Below, piece by piece: positions 34,560-47,366 of a stretch of DNA of 64,000 nt. The stretch is from Octopus sinensis. Taxonomy: Eukaryota. The position numbers were made by a program, and so were the translations under genes. Each line of letters starts with the position of its first letter. Position 1 is the stretch's first letter. Location: contig NC_043016.1 in NCBI RefSeq assembly GCF_006345805.1, positions 29,450,001-29,514,000 on the forward strand, in the 5' to 3' direction. Below the pieces are notes generated by a model that saw only the letters and a program-made list of their open reading frames with translations, did no database searches and was not told the origin of the DNA.

Positions 34560-34720
34560 TTATTACCTCCACCATAGTGAAGGTGGAGGTATTGTTTTCG
34601 GTTGTGTTTGTTTGTTTGTCTGTGGACAAGATATCTCAAGAACTGCTGGATGGATTTGGATGAAACTTTCAGGGATGTTTGGCCTCATGACTGGCACGGA
34701 CTGGTTAGATTTTGGGAACA
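34560..34720 (+). mobile_element. Helentron-associated (DINE/HINE-like) element 5' part
   Basis: ttattacctccacc...ggtggaggt hairpin, (GTTT)n tract, gatatctcaagaactgctggatggatttggatgaaacttt core. Confidence 0.65.
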
Positions 34721-34748
34721 CAGATATGCAAACATACATATATACATG

Positions 34749-34799
<51 letters not shown>

Positions 34800-34803
<4 letters not shown>

Positions 34804-34968
34804 ACGACAGGCTTCTTTCAGTTTCCGTTTAGCAAATCCACTCACAAGGCTTTCGTTGGCCCGAGGCTATAGTAGAAGACACTTGTCCAAGATGCAATGA
34901 AGTGGGACTGAACCCGGAACCATGTGGTTGGTAAGCAAACTACTTACCACACAGCCACTTCTGCACCT
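34800..34968 (-). mobile_element. Family A SINE 5' part
   Basis: Reverse complement of the family A head. Confidence 0.85.
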
Positions 34969-34985
34969 GTATATATATATCATTT

Positions 34986-35035
34986 GTCTTTCTACTCTAT
35001 AGACATATATACATATGTCTATAGAGTAGAAAGAC
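34986..35035. repeat. Perfect 23-bp palindrome
   Basis: gtctttctactctatagacatat-atac-atatgtctatagagtagaaagac. Confidence 0.95.
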
Positions 35036-35333
35036 GAGGGACAACAAAGTAACAAGGCATAAGGAATGTATTTATATGAAAAGTTGCATATCATATAGAT
35101 TGAATACTTGACTTCTCATATAAATACATTCTTTACTCCTGTTACCATTTGCTTGTCAGACTATTCCAATACCAACTCAATTTCAATTGTTCTTCCAGTC
35201 AACTCCACTACCTCAGGACTACCAACCTCAATAAAGTTGAAGTTTTCAAAATGATCTCTCTAAGCACTACTTGGTAACTATCTAAACTAGCTGTTAAACT
35301 AACATTTTACCACCCATTGTTTATAGATACAAT

Positions 35334-35767
35334 AGGCATTGGTATAGCTGTGTGGTAAGAAGCTGGCTTCCCAACCACATGGTCCTGGGTTCAGTCCCAC
35401 TGCGTGGCACCTTGGGCAAGTGTCTTCTACTATTGCTTCAGGCTGACCAAAGCCTTGTGAGTGGATTTAGTTCGATGGAAACTGAAAGAAGCTCATCATA
35501 CATATATATATATATGATGGGCTTATTTCAATTTCCATCTGCCAAATCCACACACAGACACACACACACACACATATATGTGTGTATGTATATGTATATA
35601 GCAATATGCATGTGTCTGTATTTGTCCCCCATCACTACTTGACAACCAGTGTTGGTGTGTGTACATCCCCATAACTTAGTGGTTTGGTAAAAGAGACCAA
35701 TAGAATAAGTTCTAGGCTTAAAAAAGAAACGACCTAGGGTCAGTTTGTTTGATTAAAAACCCTTCAA
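35334..35767 (+). mobile_element. Family A SINE, diverged
   Basis: gctgtgtggtaag...ggttcagtcccactgcgtggcaccttgggcaagtg...gaccaatagaataagt. Confidence 0.85.
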
Positions 35768-35787
35768 GTAAAAGATAATATACATAC

Positions 35788-36425
35788 ATCATCATCGTTT
35801 AACGTCCGTTCTCCATGCTAGCATGGGTTGGACGGTTCGACTGGGGTCTGATCTGGCAGTGTTTCTACAGCTGGATGCCCTTCCTAACGCCAACCACTCC
35901 ATGAGTGTAGTGATATATATGTATGTGGTGTGTGTATGTATATATAGATAGATGGATTGTGCTCCCATACAATCTTGTAAACCACCCACCCATTTCTACT
36001 TACTTTCTGCTTAGAGGAGGCACCTCGTTGCCATTATATATCTCTTTAAAGCTCCTTTTTTCTTTTCTCTTTTTCCTCCTCTTCTACATGTAAGTAGCCA
36101 TGCAGATCCTCTCTAAGAACTGGCACTTCTACTCCCTTCTATCTCAAACCATAATATATTATCTCCCCTGGTGTAAAAGTGACTCTCACCTCCCTAAGGG
36201 GTTCGTAGTCCTGCAAGCTGCATGGTGACCTCGGCAGTTCTGGTGGCATGAAAAAAGAAAGCACCCAGTATACACTGTAAAACAGTTGGTGTTAGGAAGG
36301 GTATCCAGCTATAGAAGCTATGCCAAAGTAGGCACTGGAGTATAATGCAGTCCTTTGACCCATCAGATCCTGTCAAAACTGTTTAGCCCACGGCAGTATG
36401 GAAGGAGGATGTTAAATGGTGATGA
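35788..36425. mobile_element. Two RTE-tail SINE copies in opposite orientation (35788-35910 minus, 36195-36425 plus)
   Basis: Shared aggaagggcatccagctgtagaa core and atgatga tails. Confidence 0.75.
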
Positions 36426-37184
36426 TACACACACACATGAGCACACATGCACACAGAAAAGGAACATACTGGAAAACAGAGCATCATGGGATGATGACAG
36501 GCATACAGCAGTAGTGAGGGAGATTGAGGTGAGTTGAAGTTGTCCGATGTAGCCACCCACACATCAATAAGGGTTGAAGGAGTTGGGTGACAAGTGTGGG
36601 GGCATGGTGAATGGAAAGTTGTTGAGTCCTATACCAGAATGCTGCATCAGGGAGTGCAAAGTTAGGGTCAGAACAGGTGCGGTGACATCCTAACAAGAAG
36701 CAGTATACAACAAACAGAAGGGATCCACTACTATCCTCAGTCATACTAGATACATGGTACAGCAAGAGCTGAGAAGAGGAGGGAGTAATGGCAAGAAGAG
36801 TAGTGGGTATAGGTGAGAGGAGCAATGAAGGCAATAGTGAGAGTGAGAGAGTGCAATGTATAGGGAACAAAAGAGAGAACTACTGTTGTCCTTAGTCATG
36901 CTGACATCACAGATATATTGTCAATACAACTGACAAAGAGAGAGAGAGAGAGAGGAGTGATAGGGATATAGCTGCAGAGAGCAGGAACAAAAGAGATAAA
37001 TATGTGATAGTGGTATGAACAATAGACAGGTATGTGATAGGGAGGTGTGATGCAAGGGAAGAGAGATAAAGGGGTGAGTGATATGGATGGCTGTTAGAGG
37101 GATGAGAGGTCATCGAAGACATCAATGATGTACATTAGATAATAGGCAGGCATACATGTGTACATCTTGTAATATATGCTTGTG

Positions 37185-37600
37185 CAGTGCTGGATTAACC
37201 ATTAAGGAAAACAAGCATGTGTTTAGGACATCAAGGGGAGTACAACACCAGAAAAATGGTAAATGGTCTAAAGCACAAAGGAAATCACTTTGAACTTGTT
37301 AAAATAATATCTGAAGTGGTTTATATGATTGGAAATATAATCTTGAAGTGTTCATGGTGTCATAGTGAGAATCTGATTAAAGACAATTAAAAAAAGTAGG
37401 AGAAAACTTTTCAAATATAAATAAAGTGGGAGTATACAAAAATAAACATTATTTTCCCTCTTATGGTTAGTTTTGGTTTATTTTGAAGAATAAAGAAATT
37501 ATTTTATAGTTTATTATTGTTTATATTTTGAATTACACATATATCGGGGCACCAAAAGCTTTTAAGTGCTTAGGGCTGAATGGTTCTTAATCCAGCTTTG
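37185..37600. mobile_element. hAT-type MITE, 416 bp
   Basis: TIRs CAGTGCTGGATTAA / TTAATCCAGCTTTG and an exact 8-bp TSD TGCTTGTG (37177-37184, 37601-37608). Confidence 0.9.
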
Positions 37601-38306
37601 TGCTTGTGTATGTACATAACAATTTTAACATCCATTGTCCCACACTTCAGCAGGTGAATGGCTATTCTCCCACATAATACATCACCACTTAATTCAGTGC
37701 TTTGTCATCTCCTTTGAGAGGTATTACAGTTTTTGAACTGTGTTCCTCCGTCTTTTTCTCTTTTATTTATTTTGGGTGCACATTACATCTTTATACAGCT
37801 ATCAAAACGTCCTGACTGTGGGCTCCACCTGTTTCTCATCTCTTGGATTAGTAACCTCCTATTGGATCACACTATTGCCACGTACGTTAACAGATCTCTT
37901 GTTTCTCATTCTAATCACTTCTGGTGTATCTGGTTTCCTTCCTGACTCTCTTCCTTCAATGATTTACTTCCCACTCTATCCATCAGCAGCACCCAACCCA
38001 TATGTAGATGTTGTTAACCTTCATTTCTTCCTAACATTCTCCAATTACACATGAACCACTTGCATCATAAACACCACAGGGCAAACTCACAGTGGCTTTG
38101 TGGACAGAGACTGGAACAAAAATGCAATAGAGGGCATTAAAACATTCAGACAGATAGATGATACCAAGGTGGACATCAGAAACAACAATTTGGCCTTCTT
38201 TCATCAGTCAAGGTCCAGAAGTCACGACCATTTCGGGCAGTTACACTTGAGATGGTTCGATCTGGTTGCCCCCCAAAAAGTCTAAGCTAAGAGCATTAGA
38301 CCCCTT

Positions 38307-38356
<50 letters not shown>

Positions 38357-38679
38357 TATATATATATACACATATATAGTAAGAGGAGGGATATAATATC
38401 CAGGCAAATACTGAATTTCTCAATGTAAATACCAAGACTGGTTCTTTCAGATGGTGTGTTTTATGATAAATTTCATTTAACTCCCATCCGATGTGTAAAG
38501 AGTGTAAAGTACAATGCTGATAATAAGGAGAATGAAGAATTTGAACATTCAAACTTTGTTTATTTACAGTTGGTTTATTCATAATATTTGTCTGACACCT
38601 GTTTTGATTGCATTAATTGCATATTTATAATAAAAGAATTAATTAATTGCATATTTATATGCAACAATATATATATATA

Positions 38680-40968
38680 AACGAGGCTGCAATACTGATG
38701 GTTCACTTGCACTAAACGAGGCTGCAAAGAGAGAGGTTTTGAGATGCCACTATGAAAGGTTGCTCAATAAAGAAAATGAGTGGGAGAAAGAGAGTCTGCC
38801 GAATGTCAACCTAACAAAGGGACCAGCTATCTGAGTTGACAGTACCTTGGTAGATAAAGCAATTAAGAGTATGAAGTCAGGGAAAGCCCCTGGCCCATCA
38901 GGAATAACTGCAGAGATGCTCAAAATATCTGGCAGTGTCGGCTATAGCCTAGTCACCTGTATAGTTAACCAGGTGATACACAAAGGAGTCATATCCAATG
39001 ACTGGTGTAGCATCACCATAGTCAACTGCTACAAAAGTAAAGGTGACACTTTAGATACAAATAATTACAGAGGTATCAAGTTGTTGGATCAAGAAATGAA
39101 AGTCACGGAGAGGGTCATAGCCTAACTAATTAGGGAGAGAGTCAGTTTAAATGAGATGCAGTTTGGGTTCGCACCAGGGATAAGCACCACTGATGCTATA
39201 TTTCTGGTAAGACAGCTGCAGGAGAAATACCTAGTCAAAGATAAACCTCTGTACCTGGCTTTCGTTGACATGGATCTCTTATCTGGTGGTCAATGAAATA
39301 ACTAGGGATAGATGAATGGTTAGTGAGGACTGTGCAAGCCATTTACAGGGATGCTGTCAGTAAGGTGAGGGTTGGCAACGAGTACAGCCCCCTCCTATTT
39401 ATCATAGTCCTCCAGGCAATAACAGAGGAATTCAAGACAGGATGCCCCTGGGAGCTCCTCTATGCTGATGACCTTGCTCTAATTGGTGAGTCACTAGAGG
39501 AGAAGTTTCAGGTGTGGAAACAAGGATTAGAATCAAAGAGCCTTAGAATCAACCTAGCTAAAACCAGTCCTAATTAGTAGGAAGGCAGGCAAATCACAAA
39601 TCCCTTCAGGTAGATGGCCCTGCTTGATCTATAGAAAAGGTGTAGGTAGAAATTCTATAAGATGTACCCAGTGTAAGCTATGGACACATGGGGTGCAGCA
39701 ATATCAAAGGAAGGCTAACTGGGAAGATAGTTTTTGTATGTGGCAGATGCTCAGGAGCAATAAACACTGAAAATGTGCAGAGAACAACTACTGCCACATT
39801 CCAGAGAGAAAAATTAGAAGTAGTTGATAGCTTCCGTTACCTAGGTGACCAAGTCAGTAGCAGGGGAGGATGTGCTAAAAGTGTAGCTGCTAGAATAAGA
39901 ATAGCCTGGGCAAAGTTCAGAGAGCTCCTACCTCTGCTGGTGACAAAGGGCCTCTTGCTCAGAGTAAAAAGTAGACTGTATGACGCATGTGTATGAACAG
40001 CCATGCTACGTGGCAGTGAAACATGGGCTGTAATTGCTGAGAACATGCGTAAGCTTGCAAGGAATGAAGCCAGTATTCTCCACCGGATGTGTAATGTCAG
40101 TGTGGATACTCGACAGAGTGTAAATACCTTGAGAGAAAAGTTGGACTTAAGAAGCATTAGCTGTGGTGTGCAAGAGAAGCGACTGCACTTGTATGGTCAT
40201 GTGGCGAAAACGGATGAGGATAGCTTCTGTGAAAAAGTACTATACTCTAGCGGTTGAGGGAACCTGTAGAAGAGGTAGAGCCAGGAAGACCTGGGATGAG
40301 GTGGTGAAGCACGACCTTCGAACATTAGGTCTCACCGAGGCAATGACTAGTGACAGAGACCTTTGGAAATATGCTGTGCATGAGAAGACCCGGCAAGCCA
40401 AGTGAGACCATAACCTCGTGGCCTATGCCAGGGGTGTACCCAGCCCACTTATTATGCGTACCTTCCCTTCATTGGACACTAAGCTCTGCTTGTGAAGACC
40501 TATTAAGGCAAGTGACATCGAAATCGTAATCAAATTCGATGACTAATAGCACCATCCGAGCACGATCGATGACAGAGCAGCTGACTGGCTTCTGTGCCGG
40601 TAGCACGTAAAAAGCACCATTCGAGTATGATCATTACCAGTGTCTCCTTACTGACACTTGTGCCGGTGGAACGTGAAAAAGCATTCGAGCGAGGTCGTTG
40701 CCAGTGCTGCTAGACTGGCTCCTGTGCAGGTAGCATGTAAAAGCACCATTTGAGCATGGTCGTTGCCAGTACCACTGGACTGGCCCTCTTGCCAGTTGCA
40801 TGTAAAAGCACTCACAATACTCTCGGAGTGGTTGGTATTAGGAAGGGCATCCAGATGTAGAAACTCTGCCAGATCAGATTGGAGCCTGGTGCAGCCATCT
40901 GGTTCGCCAGTCCTCAGTGAAATCATCCAACCCATGCCAGCATGGAAAGCAGACATTAAACAATGATG
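38680..40968 (+). mobile_element. RTE-clade LINE, 5'-truncated, disrupted ORF plus full 3'UTR
   Basis: KSGKAPGPSG, NYRGIKLL, QFGF, SPLLFIIV, LLYADDLAL, FRYLG, YGSETW-like and WDEVVKHDL motifs; stops and frameshifts. Confidence 0.95.
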
Positions 40969-41032
40969 ATATATATATAGATAGATAGACAAACAGACAG
41001 ACAAATAAATACATGATATGTTTATATGTATA

Positions 41033-41944
41033 CAGGGTGTCCCAGAAAGACTTACCCATCGTTCTTTCTTAATTATTCAAAATAAACTTAAAAGTAGGAT
41101 AATAAAATTTGGCACACACATTCTAATGTAAATTGTCAATCCATTGCAGTAATTGTGTTTCAAAATCATCACCTTTCACCTTGATCATAACCTGCCAACT
41201 AGTGGTACCACCACTTCATCCAATTTGACCCATGAAGACGGTAGGAGTGAGCAGAAACATTACTCTCTAAAATGGACCAGATTGCAAAGTCCATGAGACT
41301 GATGTCTGAACTTTAGGGAGGCCATATTGTCTTGTCTCCCAAACTGCTGATCTGCTCTTTGCACCACCTCTGTATCAATTGGATGTGTGGGCCATTTTGA
41401 GTGACGGTCACCAAAGATTTTTGTGACTCAGGAAGACATTTTCTCATCCAATATTTTCACCTAAACTTCATTGTTGACCTTGATGCCAGCATCCGCTTTA
41501 AAAATCCAGTGCATTGACGATTTCGAAATATCAAGAGCTTTTGCAGTTTTTCTTGGACTCCTGCAGGGATTTCGGTTCATTCGCTTCTTCAGTTTTAACA
41601 GTTTGTTGTGTACGAATTGATCGTTTTCTACCAGGAGTTGGCTTGCTAGAGATAGTGGTGGATTCCATATATCGTTTCCAGACATTGAACACTGTTTTAC
41701 GGCACACGCTCAACTGTTTTGTTATGTCTTTGTTGCTCACTCCAGTTGTTTTCAAAACGACAGTCTGGTCACGTTTTGCTTTCGACGCCATGTTTGTTTA
41801 CAAACCTGTTATAGACGAACGAAACAATAGACACATGAACAAAAGACATATGCAGATCTTTATATAAAATGTAGATAATATTACCTGAATCGATATTCTT
41901 TAGGGAGAGTTTTAAACATGGGTAAATCTTTCCTGGACACCCTG
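41033..41944 (-). mobile_element. Tc1/mariner (maT-like) element, 912 bp, internally deleted
   Basis: 27-bp TIRs CAGGGTGTCC..GAAAGA.TTACCCAT (3 mismatches) and TA TSDs; transposase remnant from 41791 (MASKAKRDQ...) with WPP.SSDISLMDFAIWSILE. Confidence 0.9.
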
Positions 41945-42399
41945 TATAGGTCGGGTAGAACAAACAAAAGAACAAGAACTCAGTATATGAATATATATAC
42001 GTATTTATTTATTTTTTTAATCGACTGAAAGTTCCAGAAGGAACTCGTGGACTGGAAATTTCGTGCATTGCACTTATCAATGCTATTTGGTAAGTGCAAT
42101 ACAAGAAACTGCCGGTCCTTTTATAACTTTGTACAAATTAATGCGCGCACACAGACGCATTTGTATGACATTGCTGTAACAATTACTTCCGCAATGTAAA
42201 TTCAAGTTATTATTATTAACACGCATAGGCATCGGACTGAATGCCTTGCAGCATTTCTTCCGGCACTTCAAGTTCTGATTTCAAATTACGTCGAGGTGAA
42301 TCTTTGCCTTTCATCCATCCGGTGTAGTACTCAGGTCAATTGTATCGACTATTAAACCCACTCCTTTCAAAACTGTTCAACTCGTGCTTAAATTATGAA

Positions 42400-42561
42400 G
42401 ACAATTATTAAAGGAAGGGTTATTGCCCGACACGTTGGTAGCACCTGATTAGCAGTCAACAATCCGTCCTTAGTAAGTACAACATACTATTTCAGGCTGC
42501 ACCGTGTTCTATATAACCGGTCGTCATTTATGTAAGTTACTGTTTTGTATGCAAGTGTATG

Positions 42562-42609
<48 letters not shown>

Positions 42610-43150
42610 TTGCATTAATATATATATACTGTTCTGTAATGATTATTTCAGTAAATATAATTTTAAAGCTCATTCATTCAATGATATTCGTTAAACGCGT
42701 ATAAAAATAAATTTTTCTTGAAACTTAAATTTTTTTTATTGATCTTTCCCCTTTGATTTACATTGTAAACAAATGCTGTTTTGTTTTTAAACGATATCTT
42801 TTCTCTTCCTAATATCCTTAAACCTGAGAGCTTCCACCAGGTTGGCGCTCTCCTAGAAACACCTGCAAAATTTTATCATATAGTTTCATTTTCAAACAAC
42901 AGGGAACAACTGTTCTGTGACGTGGTGATAAATACGACTATAAAGTCTCTGTGGTCACAGTTGAAGTGACTTTTCAGCGTAATTTTGCTCACCAATGATG
43001 TATTAATTAGGCATTCTTCAGATTTGATTGGTAGTTTATATGTTGAAAGAAACACAACAATAACATTACTGAGAGAACTTTAATCGAAACCACGTGTTCT
43101 GTAACATTTGATAAATTTTCGTCTTAGAACCGCTTAAAAAATAATTATTT
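42400..43150 (+). promoter_or_regulatory. Possible promoter of the GSTCD-like gene
   Basis: Local CpG retention, TGACGTGG at 42918 and CACGTG at 43091; no TSS or first exon could be fixed. Confidence 0.3.
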
Positions 43151-43297
43151 ATATTCTGGAATTAACTAATAAAAATAATGTTTTAGCTTTATTTGAACTC
43201 AGCATTTTTTCTTTCATAATAAGGTTGATTATTTGGATTTTTTTTTGCTCAAATTTAACATATCCGGCTAACGTAGTATTAGATATCTTTAGTACGT

Positions 43298-43810
43298 GTT
43301 GTTGTTTAGTGCCAGGTCAGTCATGAAGCAGCACGTCTATAATCAAAGACATTCCAGCTGCGATCATCCCATCTTTTATTTATTTAGGACTACGTTAACG
43401 AATGTGTAGTATAGTAGATAGTATTAATTGCTACAGTAGTTGTACAGTCCCAGTTCGGTCCTGATCCGGCAAATTTATAATTGAAGATGTCCCAGCTCCG
43501 ATTATCCCATCGTTTTTATTCAGATACAGTGTATCTAGGACTACATTAACCAATGTGTAGAATAGTAGTTAGTATTAATGGCTATAGTTGTTTAGCCTTA
43601 GGTCAGTCCTGATCCAGACAGATATGATCAAAGATGTTCCAGCTGTGACCATTCCAACTTTTATTTAAACAGTATCTCGAACATTATCTAGTGTATGTTT
43701 TTAGTATTTAGTGTTAGTGACTGTAGCTGTTGTTGCTCAGTCTTGATCTAACCGATCTATGATGAAAGATGGTCCAGCTGTGACCATCCCAACGAATAGA
43801 CGGTGCATCT
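43298..43810 (-). repeat. Four tandem diverged units of about 140 bp of a SINE-like tail
   Basis: Recurring gttgtttag..ccaggtcagtcctgatc...gatcaaagatgttccagctgtgaccatccc at about 43298, 43437, 43585 and 43725; dispersed relatives near 31280 and 60915. Confidence 0.75.
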
Positions 43811-44174
43811 AACCACATAACACCTATGTGTACACCTCGGGTTTCTGAATGATGGGATGTGATTTGAAGATGAAAAAAAAAACCTCAGAGTAGATGGCTC
43901 TGCTCAAGCGCACGTGTATATACACACACATGTGTTTATGTGATATATATATATATATATACACACACATACATACACACACACACACGTGTGTGTGTAT
44001 GCATGTGTACATATACACATACTATCTCATTCTATACTTATGTATGCATAATTATGGGGTATGAATCTTGATGTGTTTCCTTATGTGTGTGTGTGTATAT
44101 ATATATATATATACGTATATATATATCATCATCGTGTAAGCGGACGTTAAACGATGATGATATATATATATATG

Positions 44175-44206
<32 letters not shown>

Positions 44207-44459
44207 TATGTATATGTATATATATATATGTATCTATATATATATGTATATGTATGTATATATATATGTATGTATATATATATGTATGTATATGTATGTA
44301 TATATATATGTATGTATATATATATGTATATGTATGTATATATATATGTATGTATATATATATGTATATGCAGTTATATATATGTATATATATGTATATA
44401 CATATATATACATATATATATATACTTATATATACATATATATATATATAGATATATCA

Positions 44460-44905
44460 TCATCATCATTTAACATCCGTTTTCCATGCTAGCATGGGTT
44501 GGGCGGTTCGACCGGGGTCTGGTAAGCCATGGAGGCTGCACCAGGCTCTAGTCTCATTTGGCAGTGTTTCTACAGCTGGATGCCCTTCTTATCGCCAACC
44601 ACTCCGTGAGTGTAGTGGGTGCTTTTTACCCACAGGGGCCAGAGCAGGCTGGCAAACGGCCACGATCGGTTGGTGCTTTTATATGTCACCGACACGGACG
44701 CCAGTCAGGCGGCGCTAGCATCTGCCAAGTTCAGACGGTGCTTTTTACGTGTCACCGGCACGGGTGTCTTAACTACAATTTCTATTTTGATGTTGATTTA
44801 CTTGACTCAATAGGTTTCCTCAAGAACAGCGGGTCACTCTACGATCCAAGGTTAGCACAGCAGGCCGTCCTGCGAGCCATGAACTCACTTCATTTGTCGG
44901 GTCTT
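44460..44905 (-). mobile_element. RTE-tail SINE with hairpin-repeat units
   Basis: Reverse complement of the 48255-48812 family. Confidence 0.85.
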
Positions 44906-45165
44906 TGAACATATATATATACACACATACACACACACATATATATGTATATATATATATATATACAAAATAAGAAAGTGGAGAAATACATCCAAATCAA
45001 ATATCAATTACCAGATAATACCCAATCACATACTTTATTAAACCACCACATAAAAAACTTTAAGGTCAAACATAATAATGTAGAACAAAACAGTGTACAT
45101 AAAGGAGTAATGTTATACAATTAGTACAATATGTATAAGAGAATATAAATATAAATATAGCCTAC

Positions 45166-45292
45166 ATCTTACAGCTGTTTCGGCCATGCAGATAAGTATG
45201 TCTCATTTTACTTATATTAGCCATTTATGGTAGGTCAATATGTAGTTATAAATGAGACATTTACAAAAATATCCTAAGGTCTCTTCGGAGAT
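45166..45292 (-). ncRNA. Hammerhead motif with a 92-nt stem-II insert (family 3), one core substitution
   Basis: Minus strand ATCT-cCGAAGA-GACC-[92 nt]-GGCC-GAAA-CAGCTG-TA-AGAT. Confidence 0.65.
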
Positions 45293-45589
45293 TATGTGAT
45301 ACAAATCAGATTACATACACACTTATATAGGTATACATATACACAGATATATATGTGTGTATATATATATATGTGTGTGTGTGTATGTATGTGTATATAT
45401 ATATATATGCAAATAAAGAGAAATAAATGGGACAAGTAATACAAAGAATGACCCTTTGTCAGTTGTTGGCTGTCTATCTACTTGTTTTTTCTCTCTTGTT
45501 ATTTGTGCATTTCATTTGTGTTTGTATTTCATGTTGTTTACTGTTGGTGACATCCTGTACCCATATATGCATATATATATATAGTCTTT

Positions 45590-45950
45590 CTCTTACTTGT
45601 TTCAGTCATTTGACTGGGGCGATACTGGAGCCCCGCCTTTAGTCGAGCAAATCAACCCAAGAGCTTATTCTTTGTGAGCCTAGTACTTATTCTATCGGTC
45701 TGTTTTGCCAAACTGCTAAGTTACGGGGACATAAACATACCAGCATCGGTTGTCAAGTGATGTTAGGGGGGACAAATACAGACACACATACATATATATA
45801 TATATACATATGCAACAGGCTTCTTCCAGTTTCTGTCTACCAAATCTACTCACAAGGCTTTGGTTGGCCCGAGGCTGTAGTAGAAGACACTTGCCTAAGG
45901 TGCCATGCAGTGGGACTGAACCTGGAACCATGTAGTTTGTAAGCAAGCTT
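45590..45950 (-). mobile_element. Family A SINE
   Basis: cttacttgtttcagtcatttgactg...gtaagcaagct. Confidence 0.9.
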
Positions 45951-45985
45951 ATTTATATTAGTTTATATGATATAATATATATATA

Positions 45986-46032
<47 letters not shown>

Positions 46033-46129
46033 ATATATACACCCAAACTCTACGCATACACACACGAACACACACATACATATACATACACGCACACACA
46101 CACATACTTCAAACTAGCAGTACCTACTA

Positions 46130-46587
46130 CTGACCTGGGGTAAAGACAAAAGGAGCCACTCCCAATTCCTTCTTCCTTGACCTTAAACACTATTAAGCCC
46201 TACAACATGCAAAGATTAACAGCCACAACCACACACACATACACACACACGTGTTATCATTGCACACATGCACACACATGTACACGCAGACCTTCGCGCA
46301 TGCACATATCCACACTCACACACACATACCTCCTTTGCACTCTCCTGTCTTTGAAAGAACTTTTCTTCACCCATTTCCTTCCGGTCATTCAAAATGTGAC
46401 CGCGTGTGTACCGTTGGCGATTTTTTTTCCTCTCTCTTCTCTTCTCTGGATCTTTCCTTCTATGTTTCTGACGAAGAGCTCTGCTCGAAACAATAAACCC
46501 TCCTTCTTTCCTTTTTTCCAATAATACTATATTTGTTCCACGTCCTCGCGTTGTGTTTTTTTGTGCTTTCTTGTTTGGATTAACTAT
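46130..46587 (+). mobile_element. Penelope-like 3' end and pLTR with hammerhead motif (family 1)
   Basis: LNTIKPYNM resembles the PLE endonuclease end (LxTxxPxGxN); GTTT-CTGACGA-A-GAGC-tct-GCTC-GAAA-caat-AAAC at 46464-46498; homologous to 1523-1720. Confidence 0.7.
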
Positions 46588-47366
46588 ATATATATATATA
46601 TATATAAAGTGAATGAAATTCCAACATAGCCTGGTTTTTATGTATTATTTTTGTATTTTTCCCAATTTTACAATATTACATATTGTGATAAGACAAGTAC
46701 TTTCATACTTTCTGCAATCTTCAGGTTTATATAGTAGCAATATTAACTGATGGGTATGCTATGTACAACTGTAGTGGAATGCTTGAATTTATTCTTTAAC
46801 TAGTTTTCAGTAGGCTCAAGCAAGCTGTATTTTACAAACTGTATTTCAGCCAATCACAGTGTGGCTTAGACATCACAATTCTGTGAGTGTGCCAACATAG
46901 TTCATACTGACATCATGCAATTTAGCTGTCATGTCTTGGGTAGCATACCAAAATAGTTGGCATTATCAGCGTCTTATTCATAAAACCATTTTAACCAATC
47001 AGTGTGCGTCTTAGACATCGTGGTTTGGTGAGTGTGCCATCACTGTTGACATTGACAGAGCTTATTCATAGAGACATTTTAGTCAGAGTCGTCTCTAAAG
47101 GATTGGATGATGAAGAACACTTGATACAGTAAACAGTATTCCTGCCTTAAATGACTATAACATTACTGTTAAAATTTCTAGCATTTTATTATTACTACTA
47201 CTACTACTACCACAACCGTCATCACTAATTAACATCATTATTATTATTGTCTATTTTGAAGGGGTTTGGATTCTTCAATGAAAGTCTTTTCTCATTTCTT
47301 TTCTCAACATCACTTGAGTTGTACAGTTTGTAAAATGGGAATATTACAAACATTTTCTGACATTGC

